NCBI GenBank assembly: GCA_903894425.1
Contig: CAITQC010000002.1
Location: forward strand, 1 to 43,216
Origin: an uncultured Actinomycetes bacterium
Lineage (GTDB): Bacteria > Actinomycetota > Actinomycetes > Nanopelagicales > Nanopelagicaceae
Direction of reading: 5' to 3'
DNA: 43,216 nucleotides
The position numbers were made by a program, and so were the translations under genes. Shown one piece after another: positions 10,589 to 18,760 of the stretch. The notes below the pieces were generated by a model. It worked only from the letters and a program-made list of their open reading frames with translations, had not been told where the DNA came from and searched no databases. Within the stretch, counting starts at the first letter, position 1. Every line of letters begins with the position of its first letter.

Positions 10589-12219
10589 TGAAAAAAGTAA
10601 GAATTCTTTCGCTACTTTCAGTAACAGCACTCGTCACAACTGTTCTTGTATCAGTACCAGTAGCGGCTAACGCTGCACCTGCGTGCGATGGCAAGAGTCC
10701 AATTCAGTCATGCGTAGGCGTGACTTCAGATGGTGCACCTTATGCAATGCAGGTTCCAGCTAACTTCAACGGAACTGTTGCGTTGTACTCACATGGATAT
10801 CGCTACAACGTTGATATTCCTGCAGCAATCCCACTCATCGGTGGATACAAAGTAACTAACACCCCAGAGCCAGTCCCTGGTGGAAATGTTGACGTTGCTA
10901 AGTATCTATTTAGTCAGGGAATTGCAATCGTTGGTTCAGGCTTTGCTCGTCAAGGTTGGAATCCAGATTCAGCAATTAAGACAAACGTTGAGCTAATCGC
11001 AACTTTCAAGACACAGTTCCCAACAACAAAGAAGGTTATTGCTTGGGGATCATCACTTGGCGCAGTAATTACTCAGGGCCTAGCAGAAAAGCATCCAGAG
11101 CTCGTTAGTGCAGTTGCACCAATGTGTTTGGCTGACAATGTAAATGCAGAGCTAACGATGGCTGGAGATTTCCTATGGGGTCTCAAGGTTCTCTTTGATC
11201 CAACAATCAAGGGTGGACACTATTCAGCAGGTGCAGCCGGTGTTGCAGAGTCTTATGCCGATCTTGGCAAAGTCTTCACAATCATGGGCAAGCTACAAGC
11301 AGGTATTTCAACTGGCGCATGGCCAGATACTTCATCTGCAACTGGAAAGTCACTAGAAGCTGCAGGAATTCCTGTACGTAGTGCACTTCTTTACCTTGGC
11401 CTTATGGCTGGTCTGCCAACACAATCAGCACACTTTGACTCAGTAAATGGTCCAGAGGGTGCATTGAAGTTGTCATTCCCATTAGCGGTTAGCCCAGCAC
11501 TTGCAATCCTTGAAAATGGAACAAATGCTGCAGCATTAGCTGTGCTAGCAACTCAAGATGTTGAAATGCAGACTGGTGGAGCAATCTTTGATAACACAAA
11601 GACTGACTACGCGTCACGCATTGAATCAGAGAGCGTAATTTTCAACGCTGCACTTTCTGGCAACACTGTTATTGGTGCATTGAATGCTGCATTATCTGCA
11701 GCTAATCCAGGCGCTCCACGTTCAGTTGGAGATTCAGCTGCGATGGCGAAGATGGATGCATTGCACGCTAACTTGGGCAAGATCAATGTTCCAACGATCT
11801 TGATGACAGGATTAGCAGATCCAATTACTCCAGCAGGTGCCTCACAGCGCATTGTTGATGCATATGCCGAACAGTTTGCAGCTGAAAAGCTTGCAGCTAT
11901 TAAGGCCTACAAAACTACCAAGAGCTACAGCGCTCCAACTAACAAGCTACTGATGCTTTGGAATACAACTCCTGCAAACTGGACTAAGTTCACTGCAGCC
12001 GGAGCTCCAATTACATCTACACCTGCTGCTCAAGGCACGAACCACTGCAACTTCACATCTGCACAACTTGTGTTGGTAGCGAAGTCATTGGTTCAAGCAT
12101 CTAGCACAGGAAAGCTCCCATCAGGTGGGCCGATTGCATCTGCAGCTCGCAAGGCTGGCAATCTCTCAGTTGATAAGAATATCTATGCTCCGCTACTTAA
12201 GTTCTATAGCGGCTTTTAA
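10588..12219 (+). CDS. secreted alpha/beta-fold serine hydrolase (esterase/tannase-like; substrate unknown)
   Basis: Signal peptide ending ANA; YSHGY oxyanion motif, GSSLG nucleophile elbow, ADPITP (Asp), NHCNF (His); coupled to the SBP by TAATG. Confidence 0.75.
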   Translation: MKKVRILSLLSVTALVTTVLVSVPVAANAAPACDGKSPIQSCVGVTSDGAPYAMQVPANFNGTVALYSHGYRYNVDIPAAIPLIGGYKVTNTPEPVPGGNVDVAKYLFSQGIAIVGSGFARQGWNPDSAIKTNVELIATFKTQFPTTKKVIAWGSSLGAVITQGLAEKHPELVSAVAPMCLADNVNAELTMAGDFLWGLKVLFDPTIKGGHYSAGAAGVAESYADLGKVFTIMGKLQAGISTGAWPDTSSATGKSLEAAGIPVRSALLYLGLMAGLPTQSAHFDSVNGPEGALKLSFPLAVSPALAILENGTNAAALAVLATQDVEMQTGGAIFDNTKTDYASRIESESVIFNAALSGNTVIGALNAALSAANPGAPRSVGDSAAMAKMDALHANLGKINVPTILMTGLADPITPAGASQRIVDAYAEQFAAEKLAAIKAYKTTKSYSAPTNKLLMLWNTTPANWTKFTAAGAPITSTPAAQGTNHCNFTSAQLVLVAKSLVQASSTGKLPSGGPIASAARKAGNLSVDKNIYAPLLKFYSGF

Positions 12220-12228
12220 TACATCGAG

Positions 12229-12274
12229 GTAAAAAGAAAGGGCCTGGGAAACCAGGCCCTTTCTTACTTTTTAC
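12229..12274. terminator. bidirectional intrinsic terminator
   Basis: AAGAAAGGGCCTGG-GAAA-CCAGGCCCTTTCTT hairpin with A/T tracts on both sides, between convergent genes. Confidence 0.9.
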
Positions 12275-12278
12275 ATAT

Positions 12279-13079
12279 CTATTGAGCAGTCCATCCACCA
12301 TCAATTGGGATTGCGGTACCAGTGATGTTGTGTGCAGAATGTGAGCATAAGAAAACAGCTAGTTGGCCAATTTCATCGGGCGTAGACATTCTTCGTGAAG
12401 GTTGTTTTTCGGATAGTAGATCTGCAATTCCAGCTACACGATCTCCATTGTGCTTATCAACGCGCGCTTGAATTTGTGGCTCGATTAAAGCAGTTTCTAC
12501 CCAACCCGGACAAATTGCATTAATTGTTACGCCACCACTGTGCGCAGAACCAACACTTGCATATTCAAGGGCTGCAACCTTGGTTAAACCAATAACGCCA
12601 TGTTTAGCCGATACGTAGGGTGCCTTGGCGGCGGATGCAACTAGTCCGTGCACTGATGCAGTATTAATCACACGTCCATAGCCGCGCTCTTTCATTTGCG
12701 GCAAGATCAATCGCATTGTGTCGAAGAAGGAAGTGAGATTTATAGCAATAATGTCATTCCACTTTTCACGTGGCATCTCTTCAATCGTTGCAGTGTGTTG
12801 GACTCCTGCATTGTTACACAAAATATCAATAGGGCCGGAACTTAGAATTTTGGCAACAAGAGCTTCGGTAGCAGTGGCATCACGTAAATCAGAGACATGT
12901 GATTCAACTGCAGATGCCCCGGCAGCAAGAACTTGTTGCTCGGCCTTTGCAATAGTTTGGGGATCGGAGAGACCATGCAAAACTATTGATGCACCTTCGC
13001 GGGCTAGAGCAGTTGCTATACCTAAGCCGATTCCCTGAAATGAACCAGTAATAAATGCGCGCCTGTTTTTCAAAGTCAT
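12279..13079 (-). CDS. bdhA: D-3-hydroxybutyrate dehydrogenase (SDR)
   Basis: TGSFQGIG, NNAGVQH, ASVHGLVAS-K-PYVSAKHG, ICPGWVET, LLSEKQPS, DGGWTAQ: the BDH-type SDR signature set. Confidence 0.9.
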   Translation of the reverse strand: MTLKNRRAFITGSFQGIGLGIATALAREGASIVLHGLSDPQTIAKAEQQVLAAGASAVESHVSDLRDATATEALVAKILSSGPIDILCNNAGVQHTATIEEMPREKWNDIIAINLTSFFDTMRLILPQMKERGYGRVINTASVHGLVASAAKAPYVSAKHGVIGLTKVAALEYASVGSAHSGGVTINAICPGWVETALIEPQIQARVDKHNGDRVAGIADLLSEKQPSRRMSTPDEIGQLAVFLCSHSAHNITGTAIPIDGGWTAQ

Positions 13080-13960
13080 TTCTTGTCCCCATAAATAATC
13101 TGGGCAATCTTTTCAGCCCCACTTGCTTCTAGAAACATGTCGTAGTGATTGCAATCTGCCAAAAACTCTAACTGCAACTGCGGATATGCGGGCAAGACAG
13201 CTTCTAATACAGCCATTGGATATAAACCATTTTCTTCATTTTGTAATCCTCGCTCGGCCTTAATAAAGATTGATTTTTTAGTTAAACCTTTGAGCGAGCG
13301 GATAATTAGATCATCGCCAAACAAATCGCGTGAATCATCTTCTACTGCTTTGGCATTTGTAGAAGCCTTCATATGTGGAGCATCACCTCTTAGGTCGTAA
13401 TCAACATACTCATCAAGTGTTGGTGTCCAGCCCTTAGCAAAGGCAGGTTGCGGCTTCCAATAATCGCGGTATGCCTGCTTTGACTCAAAGACCATTGCAA
13501 GTCGTGCAAGTGCGGGTCCCAAGATAAAGGGCATGATTTGTTCGACAGTCATGCCCGGTGGCATTGGAAGTGGCACGCCGCCATCTGCAAATACAACCTC
13601 ATTAACTTTTTCCGGATAAAGCCCAACAAATGCAGCTGCAACAAATGCGCCCATCGAATGTCCTATGACATCAACTTTTGACCATCCGAAGTGGTCAACT
13701 ACTGCCGCCATATCTTTGGCATGTTGAGCCATTCCAAAAGGGCCTGGCAGTTGATTTGAATCCCCGCGCCCACGTAGATCTACGGCAAAAGCCGTCTTGC
13801 CTCGGAGTTGCAAAGCATCGGCAAATAATTGAAATGCTCGATTAGAAGAAGTTACGCCGTGAATCAAAAGGACTGGAGTGCCGTTGCCCTCGCCATATTG
13901 AAAGACCGCAAGGCTTCCCCCAGATACAGGGACCAGAGTTTTCTGTGTAGGTAATGACAT
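13076..13960 (-). CDS. cytoplasmic alpha/beta hydrolase (esterase/lipase-like)
   Basis: LIHGVTS, DLRGRGDS, GHSMG, NHY; no signal peptide; ATG 13960 follows a -10 box; 4-nt overlap with bdh. Confidence 0.85.
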   Translation of the reverse strand: MSLPTQKTLVPVSGGSLAVFQYGEGNGTPVLLIHGVTSSNRAFQLFADALQLRGKTAFAVDLRGRGDSNQLPGPFGMAQHAKDMAAVVDHFGWSKVDVIGHSMGAFVAAAFVGLYPEKVNEVVFADGGVPLPMPPGMTVEQIMPFILGPALARLAMVFESKQAYRDYWKPQPAFAKGWTPTLDEYVDYDLRGDAPHMKASTNAKAVEDDSRDLFGDDLIIRSLKGLTKKSIFIKAERGLQNEENGLYPMAVLEAVLPAYPQLQLEFLADCNHYDMFLEASGAEKIAQIIYGDKK

Positions 13961-14002
13961 AGCGGTAAGTGTGCCCGTACCTGGAGGAAAAACCAAGGTT
14001 TT
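13961..14002 (-). promoter_or_regulatory. putative leaderless sigma-A promoter with a palindrome over the -35
   Basis: Minus strand TTGGTT-N17-CACACT-N7-ATG; palindrome AAAACC-AA-GGTTTT at 13989-14002. Confidence 0.5.
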
Positions 14003-14146
14003 GTATAGTGATTAGCAGCCCAATGTCACGAAATCGTAATAAAAAAGAAAGCAATTTATGTGGGTTCCTGGAAGTTAAACCACTACATTTCCCCTAAGAA
14101 AGTCCGGAATCCCTCGGTCTTACATTCTCGAAGAGGAGAGCACTGA

Positions 14147-15313
14147 ATGAGCAAACGCTCAACACTAAAGCGCTTGGGAGTTGCAGTTCTATCCCTAGCA
14201 GTATTTGTACCAAGCATGGCACCTGCTCAAGCTGCCGCAGATATTAAAATTGGAGTCATCACTTCAACTTCTGGCCCACTTGCCTCTTATGGCATTGCTT
14301 ATAACGAGGGCCTTACATGGGGATTGAATTACTACACAGGCGGAAAGATGTCGATTAACGGCGCAAAGCTTGTCGTAACTTCAAAAGATGATGGCGCAGA
14401 TCCAGCATCAGCAACTGCATCATTTAAGGAAATGGTTGGAAACGGCACAAAGATTATTGCTGGAACAGCATCATCTGGTGTTGCACTAACGCTTGCACCA
14501 CTTGCTGCACAGAATAAGGTTCTCTACATTTCAGGACCAGCTAAGAATGACTTAGTTACTTCTTCGGCCAATAAGTATGTGTTCCGTTCAGGAAACTCAT
14601 CAACACAGGATTTAGCCCCACTTGCAGGCATCAAGCCAATTTCAGGCAAGAAAGTTGTTCTTTTCGTTGAAGATAACGCCTTCGGTGCAGGAAATATCGC
14701 TGCAGCTAAAGCTCTTATGGCTCCAAAGGGTGCAAAATTTGAAGAGATAAAAGTTCCAACTTCAACTTCAGATTTCACACCTTTTGCCAAGAAGGCAGCT
14801 GATGCAGCCGGTTCATACATTTTCATTGCATGGTCAAACGCTCTTACAGCTGGAGCAATGTTGACTTCACTCAAGGTCCAAGGAGCATTTGTTAAGCAGC
14901 GTCCAATCACAGGTCTTGCCGGTGCAGCTACTTACAATATCTATGGAACATTATTTGAGGGAAACAATGCGATTCTGACAAATAGCTACTTTGCCGGTGC
15001 AGCCAAGACTGGTGCAGCATCAGATCTTGCTTCTTGGTATGCAACAAATAAGAAGACACAGGATCTATTTACCTCAACAGGTGCAGATGCAGCCAAGATG
15101 ATTGTCATGGCTCTTACAAAGAACCCTTCACAAAACGTTGACACAATGATCAGAAACCTTGAAGGTAAGTCATGGGTTGGCGTTAAAGGCCTAATGACCA
15201 TTGATGCATCAAGTCACCTCTTGATTCAGCCAATGTTCCTTGTTGCTCTCAATAAGTCAGGCAGCGGTTATGTTCCCTCACTAATTAAGACAATTGCGAG
15301 TGTGGGTCGGTAG
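14147..15313 (+). CDS. ABC substrate-binding protein, LIV-binding (PBP1) fold
   Basis: AQA signal peptide; IKIGVITSTSGPLASYG, DDGADPA, GTASSGVAL, YVFRSG; GAGGAG RBS. Confidence 0.9.
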   Translation: MSKRSTLKRLGVAVLSLAVFVPSMAPAQAAADIKIGVITSTSGPLASYGIAYNEGLTWGLNYYTGGKMSINGAKLVVTSKDDGADPASATASFKEMVGNGTKIIAGTASSGVALTLAPLAAQNKVLYISGPAKNDLVTSSANKYVFRSGNSSTQDLAPLAGIKPISGKKVVLFVEDNAFGAGNIAAAKALMAPKGAKFEEIKVPTSTSDFTPFAKKAADAAGSYIFIAWSNALTAGAMLTSLKVQGAFVKQRPITGLAGAATYNIYGTLFEGNNAILTNSYFAGAAKTGAASDLASWYATNKKTQDLFTSTGADAAKMIVMALTKNPSQNVDTMIRNLEGKSWVGVKGLMTIDASSHLLIQPMFLVALNKSGSGYVPSLIKTIASVGR

Positions 15314-15329
15314 TTAATTACTTGTAAGT

Positions 15330-15367
15330 TAAAGAACCCCAGTGTAGAAATACGCTGGGGTTCTTTA
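15330..15367 (+). terminator. intercistronic stem-loop/terminator after the SBP gene
   Basis: TAAAGAACCCCAGTGTA-GAAA-TACGCTGGGGTTCTTTA (one G-U pair). Confidence 0.8.
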
Positions 15368-15402
15368 TATTCTGTTCCCCTATCAAGGAGAGGCAAGGCG
15401 CT

Positions 15403-16155
15403 TTGAACTCTGCAATTAAAGTTAACGATCTATCGCTTTCCATTGGTGGCGCCAGAATCCTCGATGGCATAACTCTGTCTGTGGCTAAGAATGAAATTCT
15501 TGGAATTATTGGGCCAAACGGAGCCGGAAAGACATCATTTTTTAACCTTCTGAGCGGAATCCGCAAACCTTCCCGTGGGAAAATATTTGTTGGCGATACC
15601 GACGTAACTGATTTGCAGCCACATGAGCGCGCACGAACAGGGATTGCCCGTACATTCCAAACATCGAGTGTTTTTGCAAACCTAACCTGCCTTGAGAATG
15701 TGCGAATCGCCGCACAGGCTGCAACAGGAAAGTCGATGAACTTAACTAGGAATGCTTATAAATTTCCTGAAGTCGTGGCTCATGCCCAAGATTGTCTAGA
15801 TAAAGTTGGCCTTTCGGCCCGTTCACTCCAGCGCGCCGGATCACTTTCACATGGTGACAAGCGCCGACTCGAAATTGCAATTGTCTTAGCTTCGAAGTCA
15901 GAAATTGTGCTCTTGGATGAACCAATGGCTGGCATGAGTGTTGAAAATGTTCCAGAGTTGGTAGAAATCATTCGCTCACTTAAGACCGAACACAATAAGA
16001 CCGTCTTGATTGTTGAGCATCACATGGAAGTTATTTTGGGTCTTGCCGATCGGATTGCGGTACTCAACTATGGCGAACTATTAGTATGCGATACACCCAC
16101 AAATGTTATTAATAACCCTATAGTTCAATCTGCTTACATCGGAGAAGCGCTATGA
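15403..16155 (+). CDS. livG: LIV/HAAT-type ABC ATP-binding protein (LivG-like)
   Basis: GPNGAGKT, ARTFQ, LSHGDKRRLE, LDEPMAG, VEHHM; TTG start after AAGGAGAGG. Confidence 0.9.
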   Translation: MNSAIKVNDLSLSIGGARILDGITLSVAKNEILGIIGPNGAGKTSFFNLLSGIRKPSRGKIFVGDTDVTDLQPHERARTGIARTFQTSSVFANLTCLENVRIAAQAATGKSMNLTRNAYKFPEVVAHAQDCLDKVGLSARSLQRAGSLSHGDKRRLEIAIVLASKSEIVLLDEPMAGMSVENVPELVEIIRSLKTEHNKTVLIVEHHMEVILGLADRIAVLNYGELLVCDTPTNVINNPIVQSAYIGEAL

Positions 16156-16856
16156 GTACGCTTTCGGTCAAAGATCTTCATGTAAAGATTAATGAATCAC
16201 ATATCTTGCATGGTGTGACATTTGAAGTTCCAACCAATAAAGTCACTGCACTCTTGGGACGAAACGGTGTCGGTAAATCCACAACATTGCGCTCAATTAT
16301 GGGCTTCTATCCTGGCACTGGCTCGGTTTCACTCAATGGTAATGAAATTCTGGGAATGCCCACTTATAAGATCGTGCAGGCGGGGGTTGCCTTTGTTCCC
16401 GAAGATCGTGAAATCTTTTCATCGCTGACAGTAAAAGAGAATCTCTCCTTAGCCGCGCGAGGTAAGAGTCATGACCAAGCCTATAAATCTGTATACGAAC
16501 TCTTTCCTGAACTTGATACTCGTGCACAACAGCTAGCAGGCTCACTATCAGGCGGTCAGCAGCAGATGGTCGCCATTGCACGAGCACTATTAAATAAAAA
16601 TGAGATTTTACTAGTTGATGAGCCAACTAAAGGTTTAGCGCCAAAATTAGTAACTGAGGTGGCTGATGTATTGGCCCGTGTTGCTCATGAGACAACAATG
16701 CTTTTAGTCGAACAGAACCTTGCGCTGGTAAGGCGCGTTGCCGAGCATGTGATTGTGATGGATCAGGGGCGAGTCATTTTTCAAGGTGGGCCAGAGAATC
16801 TTATGAACGATGCATGGGTCCATCAAATGCTCGGCGTAAGCGGGGGGCACAAGTAA
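16152..16856 (+). CDS. livF: LIV/HAAT-type ABC ATP-binding protein (LivF-like)
   Basis: GRNGVGKST, VPEDREIF, LSGGQQQM, DEPTKGLAP, VEQN. Confidence 0.92.
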   Translation: MSTLSVKDLHVKINESHILHGVTFEVPTNKVTALLGRNGVGKSTTLRSIMGFYPGTGSVSLNGNEILGMPTYKIVQAGVAFVPEDREIFSSLTVKENLSLAARGKSHDQAYKSVYELFPELDTRAQQLAGSLSGGQQQMVAIARALLNKNEILLVDEPTKGLAPKLVTEVADVLARVAHETTMLLVEQNLALVRRVAEHVIVMDQGRVIFQGGPENLMNDAWVHQMLGVSGGHK

Positions 16857-17738
16857 ATGGACACATTCATCTTAATTGGCATTACAGGTATTGGCCTTGG
16901 TGCTCTCTATTTTCTCATTGCATCAGGGCTCTCACTTATTTACGGATTAATGGGAGTGCTTAACTTCGCCCACGGAAGTTTCTTGACCGTCGGTGCGTTT
17001 GCAGGATTTTGGATTGCTAGCAAAATGGGTCTCGAAACTTCGATGCCAGAGTTTGTTCTTGCGATGATTGTTGGCGGCTTAGCTGCTGGATTATTCGCGC
17101 TTATCATTGAGCAACTGCTAATTACTCGCCTCTATGAACGTCATATTGATCAAGCTCTAGTAACCGTTGGGGTTTCACTTGTCGTTGGCGCACTTCTGGG
17201 TGGATGGTTTGGCAATGATTTGCGAATGTTCCCAACACCGCTCTGGTTCTTAACGGCCATTGATGTTGGCGGTGCAAAGATTCCGGCAGATCGTGTTGTC
17301 TATATTGCAACTGCACTGCTTCTCTTAATTGGCAACTGGGCACTACTCAAGTTCACGCGTATCGGTTTGATTATTCGCGCCGGGGTTGAGAATCGCAATA
17401 TGGTTAATGCCCTTGGAATCAACGTTAAGCGGGCTTTCAGTACAGTGTTTTTCCTTGGTGGCTTTGCCGCAGGTGTCGGTGGAGTCCTTGTTTCAGTTTA
17501 TTCAAATGGAGTTTCACCACTTATTGCCGGTTCTTATTTGATTTATGGTTTCATCGTTGTAGTTATTGGTGGCATGGGTTCAGTGCCTGGAAGTTTCTTG
17601 GCCGCGATGTTAATTGGTGTAATTCGCCAATTCGCCAATTACTACGTAACTGGGCTCGGTGACTTCGTAGTCGTCATCTTGCTTGCAGGTGTATTACTGA
17701 TTAGACCGCAAGGCTTACTAGGAAAGGTGAGAGCATAA
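16857..17738 (+). CDS. livH: LIV/HAAT-type ABC permease (LivH-like)
   Basis: GLSLIYGLMGVLNFAHG, VVVIGGMGS, RPQGLLG. Confidence 0.92.
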   Translation: MDTFILIGITGIGLGALYFLIASGLSLIYGLMGVLNFAHGSFLTVGAFAGFWIASKMGLETSMPEFVLAMIVGGLAAGLFALIIEQLLITRLYERHIDQALVTVGVSLVVGALLGGWFGNDLRMFPTPLWFLTAIDVGGAKIPADRVVYIATALLLLIGNWALLKFTRIGLIIRAGVENRNMVNALGINVKRAFSTVFFLGGFAAGVGGVLVSVYSNGVSPLIAGSYLIYGFIVVVIGGMGSVPGSFLAAMLIGVIRQFANYYVTGLGDFVVVILLAGVLLIRPQGLLGKVRA

Positions 17739-18760
17739 TGTTGCGCTGGAAATACTCTCGGCCACTTCTTGCACTACTTCTATTTGTTCTTGCAATTGCA
17801 CCGTTGTTTGCCGGAAACCCATTGGGCAAACCAGGGCTACAGCAGACTATGGCTGTTGCATTTCTTTGGGGTGGATTAGCACTTACTTACGATCTGCTCT
17901 TTGGATTTACTGGCCTTCTTTCCTTTGGCCACGCTCTGTACTTTGCAACAGGTGTCTATGTTTCCTGTATTTTAATAAATCACCAAGTTGTTCCATGGTG
18001 GTTAGCGGCGCTTATAGCAATGGCCGTTAGTTCTGTGCTGGCCTTCTTGGTCGGTGCCGCATCACTAAAGACAAGTGGAATCACCTTTGCAATGGTGACC
18101 CTTGCCTTTGGCGAAGCTGGTCACGTGATTATCAACCGTAACTTCTTCAATCTTACGGGCGGTGAAAATGGAATTGCATTAGATGCAACACATATTCCGC
18201 AGATTTGGATTGGGGTAGTAAATACAAAGTACATTTACTGGACCGCTTTAGCGGCTTTGATTTTTACTTATGCAGTTATTTGGTGGGTCACCGAAAGTTC
18301 TGCAGGCCGTGTATTTGCAGCCCTTCGCGATAACGAACAAAGAGTTCAAGTTTTAGGTCTAAACACCCAGCATTTCAAATTATTATCCTTTGTAATCAGC
18401 GCTGCATTGGCAGCGCTTTTAGGCTTTGTCATGTTGATAGCAGCAGGAAGTGCTGCGCCTCGATTTGCTGATTCAGGGGTAACAATCTCGTTATTGCTCA
18501 TGGTGGTTATAGGTGGCGCAGTTACTCGTTGGGGAGCGGTTCTGGGCGGAATCTTTTACTCCTTTGCTTCAACACGTATGCAGGATCTAACGCAGCAGGA
18601 GTCCTTTACGAAGATTCCTCATTGGATAGGTGGTCCAATCGCTGAACCTGCCTTGCTTCTTGGACTAATTTTTATACTCATAGTCATGTTTTCTCCAGGC
18701 GGATTGTCGGGTGCCTACTACCGACTTCGTTTGAAGGCTTTGTCTCATAAACAATCATGA
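17738..18760 (+). CDS. livM: LIV/HAAT-type ABC permease (LivM-like)
   Basis: GFTGLLSFGHALYF, FAMVTLAF, TGGENG, GRVFAALRDNE, PGG. Confidence 0.92.
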   Translation: MLRWKYSRPLLALLLFVLAIAPLFAGNPLGKPGLQQTMAVAFLWGGLALTYDLLFGFTGLLSFGHALYFATGVYVSCILINHQVVPWWLAALIAMAVSSVLAFLVGAASLKTSGITFAMVTLAFGEAGHVIINRNFFNLTGGENGIALDATHIPQIWIGVVNTKYIYWTALAALIFTYAVIWWVTESSAGRVFAALRDNEQRVQVLGLNTQHFKLLSFVISAALAALLGFVMLIAAGSAAPRFADSGVTISLLLMVVIGGAVTRWGAVLGGIFYSFASTRMQDLTQQESFTKIPHWIGGPIAEPALLLGLIFILIVMFSPGGLSGAYYRLRLKALSHKQS

